The position numbers and the translations under genes are program-made. The notes under the pieces were generated by a model. It worked only from the letters and a program-made list of their open reading frames with translations. It did not search any database and was not told the origin of the DNA. A stretch of DNA of 32,318 nucleotides from Candidatus Eiseniibacteriota bacterium (GTDB taxonomy: Bacteria > ARS69), in assembly GCA_052390515.1 (NCBI GenBank), contig JBQTGV010000148.1, forward strand, positions 1-32,318, written 5' to 3'. This document shows, in pieces, positions 9,804 to 18,174 of the stretch (positions are counted from its first letter, which is position 1; each line of letters begins with the position of its first letter).

Positions 9804-11213
9804 GTGGAGCCCCGTCCACCCTCCTTCCCGGGCGTCCCGCCGACGGGCGAGAGCACGCTCGTCAATGCGGACATCGCCCCGACTCCGCCGGAGAGGCGGA
9901 CCTGGAAGGCCTACGACATCGCCTCGCTGTGGATCGGGATGAGCGTGTGCATCCCCACGTACATGCTCGCTTCGGGGTTGATCGCCGGGGGCATGAGCTG
10001 GAGCCAGGCGATCCTCACCATCGGCCTCGGCAACGTGATCGTCCTCGCTCCAATGCTGCTGAACGCGCACGCGGGGACGAAGTACGGAATCCCCTTCCCG
10101 GTGCTGGCCCGCGCCGCGTTCGGGACGATCGGCTCGAACGTGCCGGCGCTGCTTCGTGCCCTCGTGGCCTGCGGGTGGTTCGGCATTCAGACCTGGATCG
10201 GCGGCCAGGCGCTGAACGCGATGCTGGCTCTGCTCGTGCCGGGCTGGGGCGACTTCGCGTTCGCCCCGGCGCTCTCGTTCCTGGCGTTCTGGGGAATGAA
10301 CGTGTGGTTCATCTGGAAGGGCACGGAGTCGATCCGCTGGCTCGAGTCCCTGTCCGCGCCGTTCCTGTTGCTCGTCGGACTCGGACTGTTGGCCTGGGCC
10401 TGGAAACGCGGCGGAGGCTTCGGCCCGATCCTCTCCCAGCCGAGCAAGTTCGCCACGCCGGGCGACTTCTGGGCGTTCTTCGTTCCCTCGCTGACCGGCA
10501 TGGTCGGGTTCTGGGCGACGCTCTCGCTCAACATCCCGGACTTCACGCGCTACGCGAAGAGCCAGCGGGCGCAGATCGTCGGCCAGGCGATCGGTCTCCC
10601 GCCGACCATGGTGCTGTACTCGTTCATCGGCGTGGCCGTCACGTCGGCGACCGTCGTGATCTTCGGCGAGCCGATCTGGGATCCAGTGCAGCTGCTCTCG
10701 CGGTTCGAGAGCCCCGCGGTCATCGTCCTGTCGCTCGTGTCCCTGATCGTGGCCACGTTGACCACCAACATCGCGGCGAACGTGGTGTCCCCGGCGAACG
10801 ACTTCGCCAACGTGCGTCCCCGCTGGATCAGCTTCCGGACGGGCGGCCTCATCACCGCGGTGCTGGGCATCGCCATGATGCCGTGGCGCCTGCTCTCCGA
10901 CTACGGCACGTACATCTTCGGATGGCTGGTGGGTTATTCCGGCTTCCTCGGGCCGATCGCTGCCGTGCTGATCGCCGACTACTGGCTCCTGCGCCGGCAG
11001 TCGCTCGTCGTCGAGGATCTGTACCGGCGCGGCGGGGCGTACGAGTACGAGCACGGTTTCAACGTGCGGGCGATGGTCGCGCTCGGGGCGGGGATCGCGG
11101 TGGCGCTCGGCGGGCTGGTGCTCCCGGGCGTACGATGGCTGTACGACTACGCGTGGTTCGTGGGGTTCGCCACGGCGTTCGTCGTGTACGTCGGCCTGAT
11201 GCGAGGCCGTTGA
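9804..11213 (+). CDS. NCS1 family nucleobase:cation symporter
   Basis: WIGMSVCIPTY, GTKYGIPFPV..RAAFG, ACGWFGIQTWIGG, WATLSLNIPDFTRY, NIAANVVSPANDF; many hydrophobic helices. Confidence 0.94.
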   Translation: MEPRPPSFPGVPPTGESTLVNADIAPTPPERRTWKAYDIASLWIGMSVCIPTYMLASGLIAGGMSWSQAILTIGLGNVIVLAPMLLNAHAGTKYGIPFPVLARAAFGTIGSNVPALLRALVACGWFGIQTWIGGQALNAMLALLVPGWGDFAFAPALSFLAFWGMNVWFIWKGTESIRWLESLSAPFLLLVGLGLLAWAWKRGGGFGPILSQPSKFATPGDFWAFFVPSLTGMVGFWATLSLNIPDFTRYAKSQRAQIVGQAIGLPPTMVLYSFIGVAVTSATVVIFGEPIWDPVQLLSRFESPAVIVLSLVSLIVATLTTNIAANVVSPANDFANVRPRWISFRTGGLITAVLGIAMMPWRLLSDYGTYIFGWLVGYSGFLGPIAAVLIADYWLLRRQSLVVEDLYRRGGAYEYEHGFNVRAMVALGAGIAVALGGLVLPGVRWLYDYAWFVGFATAFVVYVGLMRGR

Positions 11214-11261
11214 CGGCTGCGCCCGCCACCGGCCCCGCGCGGTCCCCCGGTTCGCCGGCGG

Positions 11262-11456
11262 CTACGCGGACCCGCGCTGCGCGAATCCCCAGAACCGGAA
11301 CACGACGGCGTAGGTGAGCAGCATCATGCCGCCTTTCCAGTAGGCCTCCGGCGCCACGCCGGCTAGGAACGACTTCGCCCCGGTCATCCGGTCCAGCGTT
11401 CCGAAGAGGAAGATGATGATGGATGCGTAGAGACACGCGACGGCGATCTTCTGCAT
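11262..11456 (-). CDS. Small two-helix membrane protein, unknown function
   Basis: 64 aa with two hydrophobic segments, GC3-biased codons, G-rich RBS and its own candidate promoter. Confidence 0.7.
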   Translation of the reverse strand: MQKIAVACLYASIIIFLFGTLDRMTGAKSFLAGVAPEAYWKGGMMLLTYAVVFRFWGFAQRGSA

Positions 11457-11524
11457 CGTGGGCCCCCCGACAGGCGTGAGTGGAAGGCTGACTCTCGATC
11501 GATGCGGGTCCTGGAAGCGCCGGG

Positions 11525-11554
11525 ATTATCGCCCCGCGCGGCGGGAGGAGTCCA
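11525..11554 (-). promoter_or_regulatory. Putative sigma70 promoter for the 64-aa membrane protein
   Basis: TGGACT-N18-GATAAT on the minus strand. Confidence 0.35.
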
Positions 11555-11560
11555 GATCCG

Positions 11561-12382
11561 TCACCGGTAGCGGACGTCGCCCTTGCGCGCGGCGCTCCCC
11601 GGGTCCCACTCCCAGGCGATGCACAGGGAGGGGTGATGGCGCGTGAATTCGGCGAGGATCGAGGGGAGGGCGGCCGGCCACCACTCCTCCGCGCAGAGGC
11701 CGTCGAGAGGCAGGTGCGCGACGGCCTGGCCCCCGTTGCCCACGTTGCCGACGATGAGCCCGGGGTAGGCCGCGGCGAGCTGGGTGACGAGCGCGTCGCG
11801 GTAGGCGACCCACTCGGCCCGGACCGTCGCCCACTCGGCCGAGGTCACCGGGAGCTGGTTCAGCACCGGGTTCGCCGGAAGTACGCCGTACACGTCGTCG
11901 AGGTAGATGCCGTCCCACCCCGTCCAGCGCGCGGCCAGGAAGGCGGCCAGATCGGCCGCGTTCTCCGGCGTGTAGCGCAGCTCCTCGGTGTTCGTCCAGG
12001 TGCTGATGCGGTTGCCGGAGGCGTCGTGCCAGTAATCCTCCTCCGCGAACAGCCCACGGTACGAGGTCCACAGCTCCGACGTTCCCCAAAGCGGGACCTG
12101 ATGCGAGTTCGCGTAGCCGAGCACGACGGCGCCGGGGCGCACCGCGCGGACTTCCGCCGGGTCCATGCCGGCGTTGCACACGAAGAGGCCGTAGGCCCCC
12201 AGGTCGACGGGCGGAAGTCCCTGGTGGCTCTGCCCGCTGAGGTCTTCCGGCTGGAGCATGTAGAAGGCGTCGGACAGCGGCTCCGGCGGCGTCATCCGGT
12301 CCCTGCGGGGAGTCTCCATGGGATCGCTGAAGCAGCCGGCGAGGATGACGATTCCGGCGAACGCCGGGAACGGACTTCGCAT
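11561..12382 (-). CDS. Lipoprotein with putative glycoside-hydrolase-like TIM barrel
   Basis: Lipobox ILAGC; WDGIYLDDV, IVGNVGN and LDGLCAEEW motifs resembling GHL/GH114-like barrels; GGAGG RBS. Confidence 0.65.
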   Translation of the reverse strand: MRSPFPAFAGIVILAGCFSDPMETPRRDRMTPPEPLSDAFYMLQPEDLSGQSHQGLPPVDLGAYGLFVCNAGMDPAEVRAVRPGAVVLGYANSHQVPLWGTSELWTSYRGLFAEEDYWHDASGNRISTWTNTEELRYTPENAADLAAFLAARWTGWDGIYLDDVYGVLPANPVLNQLPVTSAEWATVRAEWVAYRDALVTQLAAAYPGLIVGNVGNGGQAVAHLPLDGLCAEEWWPAALPSILAEFTRHHPSLCIAWEWDPGSAARKGDVRYR

Positions 12383-12441
12383 GGTGCAGACCCTCCGGGA
12401 GCTACTCTTCCTTCGGCAGCGCGATCCGGCAACTTCACGCG

Positions 12442-13935
12442 TCAGGGGGAAGTGGATTCCCCGACCGCAGCCAGCGCCCGCTCCGCCGCGTCGAAGCCCG
12501 GCCGGAGCTCCACCGCCCGGCGGAACGCCTTCGCCGCGTCGTCGAGACGGCCTGTCGCGGCGAGGGCGACGCCGAGGTTGTAGTGCGCCTCGGCGAGCTC
12601 GGGATCGATGCGCAGCGCCTCGAGGGTGCGGGCGATCGCGCCGGGGAGGTCGCCCTTCGCCTTCAGGGCGAGCCCCCAGTTCGCGTGGGCTTCGGCGAGG
12701 TCCGGCTTCATCGCCAGAGCCTCGCGGTATCGCTCGATAGCCTCGTCGTAGCGGCCCTGCTGCAGGAGCGTGTTGCCGAGGTTCACCACGATGCGGTGGC
12801 TCTGCGGCTCGACCTCGCCCAGACGGCGCGCCTCCGCGAGCGCCGCGGCGTCCTCGGCGGCCGGCGCCGGTTCCGGCCCGCCGGCGTGCAGGACGTCGAG
12901 CTCTCCCTTCAGCGCGACCGCGGCGATCCAGGTCCCCTCGGGGTTGGGGTGGATGTGGTCACCGAGCGTGTAGCGGACGCGAGGATTCACGCGCTCGCCG
13001 AGGGCCGCTCGATGCATCCGGAATGCGTCCGAGAGGCGGAACGAGGGGTGCCCGTACATCGCAGCGAGCCGTTCGACGACGAGCTCGGGGCCGTCCGGCA
13101 TCGAGTTCGTGTCGACGATGTCCTCGTCGGTGAACCGGGGCCAGATGGCGACGAGCGTGCGAAAGCCATGCTCGTCGGCCAGCTCCCGCAGGAGGCGCAG
13201 GCCCTCGGTGACATTGTCGTCGCCGATCGCCTCCCGGTTCCAGGCCACCGGGTCGACCTGCGCGCGGAAGTGGAACAGGTCCAGCTTCGTGCAGAAGAAG
13301 CGGAAGGCGTGAGAGCGGACGAAGAGCCAGTCGACCGCAGCGGGTCGATCGACCGGGCTGCCCAAGGCGAAGGCCTCGTGGTTGAAGTTGTTGAAGTCGT
13401 TCTGGGTGAAGAAGAGAACCACCTCGTCGGGCCGGAACGCCAGACCCTTCACGCGCAGCAGTTCGACCTTCGCCCGGGTGCAATACGCGCTCACCCCGAA
13501 GTTGAGCACTTCGGTGCCGTCGCCGTAGAGGCGCTCGAGCCGCCGTGTGATGGTGTCGTCGAGGTCGCGGATGCCGAATCCCTCGACGACCGACTCGCCG
13601 AGCACCACGATCCGCCGCACCCCGGCCGGCTTCTCCAGCGTGCGTTCGACGTCGCGCTGGCCCCAGGAGTTCGTGCTCGGGTAGCTGGTCACGAGATCGG
13701 CGTCCGGATCCCGCCAGTCCGCCTTGAGTTCGAAGCCGAGCACGGGATTGGTCGACCGCTTGTACACGGAACCCTGCTGCTCCACGTCGATCAGCTGCAC
13801 GTCCGGTGCGGCGCGGAGTGCCCGCACGGTCATCTCGGAGACGAGCAGTGCGATCGCCGCGACGAGCAGAACGCTCGCCGGCAGGGCGAAGGGGGAGCGC
13901 GGGGCGGGCCGTTCGCTCGAGGGGCGCTCGGTCAC
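12442..13935 (-). CDS. Membrane-anchored SGNH/GDSL-fold protein with C-terminal TPR repeats
   Basis: N-terminal TM helix; block I VLGESVVEG, block II NFGVSAY, block III QNDF, block V DHIHPN; three TPRs (e.g. AEAHYNLGVALAATGRLDDAAKAFRRAVELRP). Confidence 0.85.
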   Translation of the reverse strand: MTERPSSERPAPRSPFALPASVLLVAAIALLVSEMTVRALRAAPDVQLIDVEQQGSVYKRSTNPVLGFELKADWRDPDADLVTSYPSTNSWGQRDVERTLEKPAGVRRIVVLGESVVEGFGIRDLDDTITRRLERLYGDGTEVLNFGVSAYCTRAKVELLRVKGLAFRPDEVVLFFTQNDFNNFNHEAFALGSPVDRPAAVDWLFVRSHAFRFFCTKLDLFHFRAQVDPVAWNREAIGDDNVTEGLRLLRELADEHGFRTLVAIWPRFTDEDIVDTNSMPDGPELVVERLAAMYGHPSFRLSDAFRMHRAALGERVNPRVRYTLGDHIHPNPEGTWIAAVALKGELDVLHAGGPEPAPAAEDAAALAEARRLGEVEPQSHRIVVNLGNTLLQQGRYDEAIERYREALAMKPDLAEAHANWGLALKAKGDLPGAIARTLEALRIDPELAEAHYNLGVALAATGRLDDAAKAFRRAVELRPGFDAAERALAAVGESTSP

Positions 13936-14057
13936 TGCAGGAGGTACTGGAACGGCTGCGGTTGCGCGCCGAAGAAGTCCAGCGCGACGATCACGAGGAC
14001 GAGCAGGACCGACACGATCAGCGCCGCGAGGAGCGTCCGCTTGAGGAAGCCGCTCAC
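13932..14057 (-). CDS. 41-aa single-pass membrane microprotein (DltX/DUF5989-like)
   Basis: Manual translation MSGFLKRTLLAALIVSVLLVLVIVALDFFGAQPQPFQYLLQ*. GAGGAG RBS upstream; fills the gap between two SGNH genes; its stop overlaps the next GTG start. Confidence 0.75.
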   Translation of the reverse strand: MSGFLKRTLLAALIVSVLLVLVIVALDFFGAQPQPFQYLLQ

Positions 14058-14058
14058 G

Positions 14059-15039
14059 TCACGCTCCTCTCCGCAGCCAAGCGGCGTCGAGGCGCTGCAG
14101 GATCCCCCGCGCGATGAGCGCGTGGCCCTTCGCGTTGGGATGCACGTCGTTGCGCGCCACCCAGACCGTCGAAGGATCGACGCCGTCGAAGGCGCCGGTC
14201 AAGTCGATCACGGTCGCGCCGGCGGCGGCGGCCGCCCGCTTCACCCGCTCGTAGACCTCGGCGAAGGGGCCCGGGAACTCGTGGAACTCCGGGAGCACGA
14301 CGAACGCCCAGGGGACGCCGCGGGCTGATGCCCAGGCGCCGGTCCGGAGGAGAGCGTCGTCGAAGGCGGCGAGGCCCGGCGCGCCGCTCGCGTAGAGATC
14401 TCGATAGTAGTCCACGTAGCTCGGCCGCGCGCCGAAGCGGCGTTCCAGGAGGTCGAACTTGGACCACGCGAAGACGGCGAGATGGAAGCGCGCGTACCAG
14501 GGTGGGTCACGATGCTCCGGAGTGGGCTCGGCGTCGTTGATGTACCACACCTGGAGGATCGCGTCGGGCGACCTGCCGGCGAACAGCTCCTCCAGGGCTG
14601 CATACTCCTGCGCGGTGTTCCAGTTGCCGTGTCCGGTGTTGATCAGCTCGACGGGGCGGCCGCCCGCGGACCACTCCGCTTCCAGGATTTCCGAGAAGCG
14701 CTCTCCATAGCTCACCCCCCAGCCGAACGTGACCGAGTCTCCGAGCAGCACGACGCTCGCCGCGTCGCCGTCGTCGCGACCGCCTTCGACGTCGCGAAAC
14801 CCGCGCGAATCGATCTGCACGTCGACGCCGAAGAGACGGTGCCGGCTGCCGGCCGCGTGCCGGAAGCGCATGCCGGAACCGGGAGCCGCGGCCTTCATGG
14901 CATGGGCGTAACGCACGAACTCCACGTCGGCGTTCGGCGTGATCCGGGAGTAGAGACGCAACGCGAGCTCGAGGAAGACGAGAGTGACGGCCGTGGTGGC
15001 GAGGAGGCCGGCTGCGCCGAGGAGCCAGCGTCTAGCCAA
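14059..15039 (-). CDS. Membrane-anchored SGNH/GDSL-fold protein
   Basis: N-terminal TM ending ELALRL; LGDSVTFGWG, NTGHGNWN, YINDA and NDVHPN blocks. Confidence 0.87.
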   Translation of the reverse strand: MARRWLLGAAGLLATTAVTLVFLELALRLYSRITPNADVEFVRYAHAMKAAAPGSGMRFRHAAGSRHRLFGVDVQIDSRGFRDVEGGRDDGDAASVVLLGDSVTFGWGVSYGERFSEILEAEWSAGGRPVELINTGHGNWNTAQEYAALEELFAGRSPDAILQVWYINDAEPTPEHRDPPWYARFHLAVFAWSKFDLLERRFGARPSYVDYYRDLYASGAPGLAAFDDALLRTGAWASARGVPWAFVVLPEFHEFPGPFAEVYERVKRAAAAAGATVIDLTGAFDGVDPSTVWVARNDVHPNAKGHALIARGILQRLDAAWLRRGA

Positions 15040-15081
15040 GGTCCATGCCGCCGCCTGCGGTCAGCCCCTCGCCGATCGAGG

Positions 15082-15726
15082 TCATCGATCCCCGCCGACC
15101 GCAGCATGGGGATGGATGCGCACCTCGTCGAACACCGGCAGCAGCTCGCGGAACCGGTCAGCCAGCTCGGGTGCGAACCCCGGCTCGTCGATCCACGGTT
15201 CCCAGCGGAGCCGGCGGCTGACTCGCGGCCACCCGTCGGTGGTGACTTCCCACCCGGCGACGGACAGCGTGAGGACCGCCGGCGCGAGACCGGGGGCGGA
15301 CAGGGCGGCGCGCAGGCGACGGGTGGAGTCCGCCGATCCGGCGGCCGGCTCCAGGCCGAGCTCGATGCCCGCGGCCTCGAACGTGGCGTGCAGTACGGGA
15401 GAGTCCGCCGGACCGAGGCGAGCGTCCCAGACCCGCACCCGGCGCACCGGGCAGTCGTCGGGCGCCGGCCGACCCCGGTCCGGCCAGAAGAGCGAAGCGC
15501 CGACGCGAGCCTCCATTCCGAGTCGCGGCTCCACGTCGCCGAGCATCGACTCCAGGTCCGACACCAGCGCTTTCAGCGGGGCGAGAACGTGCGCCGCGTA
15601 CATCGCGCGGCGGTCGCCGGGCATCGTGTCCGGACAGGGCTCCCGATCGAGGGCTTCGAAGAACTGCTGCGCCTCGCGGGGGAGGCCGCGGAAGCGAGCG
15701 TTGCCGTGCGGATCTCGGGAAGCCAC
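15082..15726 (-). CDS. Divergent DUF2461-like hypothetical protein
   Basis: FRGLPREAQQFFEAL...YAAHVLAPLKALVSDL and C-terminal FRELLPVFD resemble DUF2461. GTG start follows GGAG and a promoter; the longer ORF to 16074 would overlap the GNAT gene. Confidence 0.55.
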   Translation of the reverse strand: MASRDPHGNARFRGLPREAQQFFEALDREPCPDTMPGDRRAMYAAHVLAPLKALVSDLESMLGDVEPRLGMEARVGASLFWPDRGRPAPDDCPVRRVRVWDARLGPADSPVLHATFEAAGIELGLEPAAGSADSTRRLRAALSAPGLAPAVLTLSVAGWEVTTDGWPRVSRRLRWEPWIDEPGFAPELADRFRELLPVFDEVRIHPHAAVGGDR

Positions 15727-15755
15727 GTTCGCTCCGGAAGGGGTGACCGGATCCG

Positions 15756-15784
15756 AGGATAGGTACAGGGGGCTGCCCCGGCAA
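15756..15784 (-). promoter_or_regulatory. Putative sigma70 promoter for the DUF2461-like/SGNH cluster
   Basis: TTGCCG-N17-TATCCT on the minus strand, about 30 nt before GTG 15726. Confidence 0.5.
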
Positions 15785-15804
15785 GGGCCCGGCCGAGGAG
15801 CCGG

Positions 15805-15834
15805 TGGACGGGCCAGCGGCGCGACCCGCACAAT
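15805..15834 (+). promoter_or_regulatory. Putative promoter for the GNAT gene (leaderless-type spacing)
   Basis: TGGACG-N18-CACAAT ending 6 nt before ATG 15841; no Shine-Dalgarno. Confidence 0.35.
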
Positions 15835-15840
15835 GCGCGC

Positions 15841-16728
15841 ATGGCCACCGAATTCGATCCTCGTCATGCGGCGCCCCCGGGCGGCGTCCGCATGCTCCTC
15901 GAGACGGATCGCCGGAGACTGATCGGGTTTCTCTCCAGCGAGCCCGAGGACAACATCTACCTGCTCTCGCGCGTGGCGATGGACGGCGTCGTCAACGAGG
16001 AGTCGACCGCGCACGGCCGGTTCTACGGTCACTTCACCGGCGAGGACCTGGACGGCGTCGTCTTCTTCGGCCACCGGCGCGGCGTGGTTCTAGCCGGCGC
16101 CGGCGACGAGTTCATTCGCTGCGCCGCCGCGCTCGCTCTCGGACCGGAGGCGGACTGGGTGATCCTGGTCGGGCCGCGGCTGGCGGCGGAGTCGTTCCTC
16201 TCGCACTATCGCTGGCGCGGCCGCCCGACGCACATCAACCGCATCCAAGACTTCTACGTGCTCCGCGAGGAAGCGCTCCCGCTGTCCGCCGCGCGCGTGC
16301 GCGCCGCCGAGATCGGCGATCTCGAAGCCGTCGTGGAGATGTCCGAGCAGATGCTGCTCGAGGACTTCCGGCTGCCCGCGGGAAGCCTCTCCCGCGACGG
16401 CATCCGCGAGTCGATGCGCCAGAAGATCGCCGACGGTCGCACCTGGCTGCTCGAGGATCGCGGCGAGGTGGTCTTCAAGGTGGACGTGTCCGCCCAGTTC
16501 GCCGGCGGGGCGCAGATCGAGGGAGTGTTCACGCACCCGCAGTTCCGGGGGAAGGGCTTCGCCCGCGACGGCGTGGCCGCGGTCTCGCGCGAGCTGCTGC
16601 GCACGTCCGCCTTCGTGTCCCTGCACGTGGATCGGGACAACACCCCGGCCCGCCGCGCCTACGAGCATGCCGGCTTCCGCCGCCACTCGGAGTTTCGCCT
16701 CGTCCTGCTGGAGCTCTCGCCAGCGTGA
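15841..16728 (+). CDS. GNAT family N-acetyltransferase (DUF4081-like N-terminus)
   Basis: QIEGVFTHPQFRGKGFA acetyl-CoA motif A and SLHVDRDNTPARRAYEHAGF motif B. Confidence 0.88.
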   Translation: MATEFDPRHAAPPGGVRMLLETDRRRLIGFLSSEPEDNIYLLSRVAMDGVVNEESTAHGRFYGHFTGEDLDGVVFFGHRRGVVLAGAGDEFIRCAAALALGPEADWVILVGPRLAAESFLSHYRWRGRPTHINRIQDFYVLREEALPLSAARVRAAEIGDLEAVVEMSEQMLLEDFRLPAGSLSRDGIRESMRQKIADGRTWLLEDRGEVVFKVDVSAQFAGGAQIEGVFTHPQFRGKGFARDGVAAVSRELLRTSAFVSLHVDRDNTPARRAYEHAGFRRHSEFRLVLLELSPA

Positions 16729-16743
16729 GGGCGAGGCGGCACA

Positions 16744-18168
16744 CTAACCGGTCGGGCCCTCCGGCGCGATCGGCGGCGGCACGACCGGGCACACCCCCGC
16801 GGCGGCCGGAGCCTTGCTCGCCCAGCGTCCTAGCCGGAACCACAGGACCAGCGCGGTGCCCCGGGCGATTCCGGTGATCGAGATGGTCCACCAGATCGCC
16901 ACGGGGCCGATGCCGGTGTGGAACGCCAGCCACCAGACGAGCGGCAGGCGCACCAGCGACGTGAGCACCGACACGTACATCGGCGGGAGCGTGTCCGCGG
17001 CGCCGATGAACGCGTGTCCGTACACGAGCTCCCAGCCCATGAAGGCCTGCGAGACGGCGACGATGCGAAGGAAGAGCGCGGCCTCCGCGGCGACGGCCCG
17101 GTCGGAGGTGAAGAACCCCGCGATCGCCTCCGGGACGAGCAGGTAGGCGAGCGTCAGCACGCCGGCCACGACCCCGATGAGTTGGGCGCCGCGGTCGGCG
17201 GCGATCCGCGCCCGATCCGCCCGCGCAGCGCCGAGGTTCTGACCCACCATCGCCGCGACGGCCATGCCCAGCGCGGCGGCGGTGAGGTAGGTGACCGACT
17301 CGAGCCGGTTGACGATGCCCAGCGCCGCGGTCGTGGCCGCTCCGAAGGTCCCGGTGACGTGCGAGATCACCAGGTACACGACGGAGAAGTGCACTTCGAT
17401 GATGGCCTCCGGCGCGCCGATGCGCAGGATGCGCGAAGCGAACCCGCGGAACGACTGCGCCGCGCCGCGGGCGGTCAGCCTGAGCGGGAACCGGCCCCGC
17501 GAGTGCAGGACGGCCCAGATGCCCAGGACGACGAGCTCGGAAACGACCGTGGCGATCGCAGCGCCGAGCACCTCGAGCCTCGGGAACGGCCCGATCCCGA
17601 AGATCAGCAGCGGATCCAGCACGAAGTTGAGCAGCGTGCCGGCCAGGATGGGGAAGAGCGGCGTGCGGCTGTCGCCGCAGCTCCGGAACACGGCCTCGAA
17701 GACGAACGTGACGTAGAAGATCGGCGCGAGCAACGAGATGACCGACAGGTATCGCGCGCCGTGCGCGACGATGACGGGATCGTCGAAGAGCACGTCGAAG
17801 AGCCAGGGCGATCCGAACCAGCCGAGCACGGCGACGGCCGTCCCGAGAGCCGCCGCCAGCACGGCTCCGGCGAAGGCCGCGCGTGCGGCCTCCTCGTCAC
17901 GCCCCGCGCCGACCGCTTGCGAGACGACGGCCGTCACGCCCGCCACGAACATCGTGCCGACCGCGTACAGCGTCCAGCTCGCGAAGAAGCTGGTGGCCAC
18001 CGCGGCGATCGCTTCGGGCGACAGCCGGCCGACCCAGATGGTGTTCATGACGCCGTAGGCGGTGTGCAGCACCCGCGAGAGGAAGACCGGCCAGGAGAGG
18101 CGGAGAAGGGTGGCGGTGATCGGCCCGTCGACGAGGCGGACGGGCGCGCCGGCGTTTCGCGGGGTCAA
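16744..18168 (-). CDS. MATE family efflux transporter
   Basis: LLRLSWP, WVGRLSPEAIAA, FRSCGDSRTP, NFVLDPLLIFG, GAAIAT, VGQNLGA; about 12 TM helices. Confidence 0.93.
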   Translation of the reverse strand: MTPRNAGAPVRLVDGPITATLLRLSWPVFLSRVLHTAYGVMNTIWVGRLSPEAIAAVATSFFASWTLYAVGTMFVAGVTAVVSQAVGAGRDEEAARAAFAGAVLAAALGTAVAVLGWFGSPWLFDVLFDDPVIVAHGARYLSVISLLAPIFYVTFVFEAVFRSCGDSRTPLFPILAGTLLNFVLDPLLIFGIGPFPRLEVLGAAIATVVSELVVLGIWAVLHSRGRFPLRLTARGAAQSFRGFASRILRIGAPEAIIEVHFSVVYLVISHVTGTFGAATTAALGIVNRLESVTYLTAAALGMAVAAMVGQNLGAARADRARIAADRGAQLIGVVAGVLTLAYLLVPEAIAGFFTSDRAVAAEAALFLRIVAVSQAFMGWELVYGHAFIGAADTLPPMYVSVLTSLVRLPLVWWLAFHTGIGPVAIWWTISITGIARGTALVLWFRLGRWASKAPAAAGVCPVVPPPIAPEGPTG

Positions 18169-18174
18169 GCGCGA

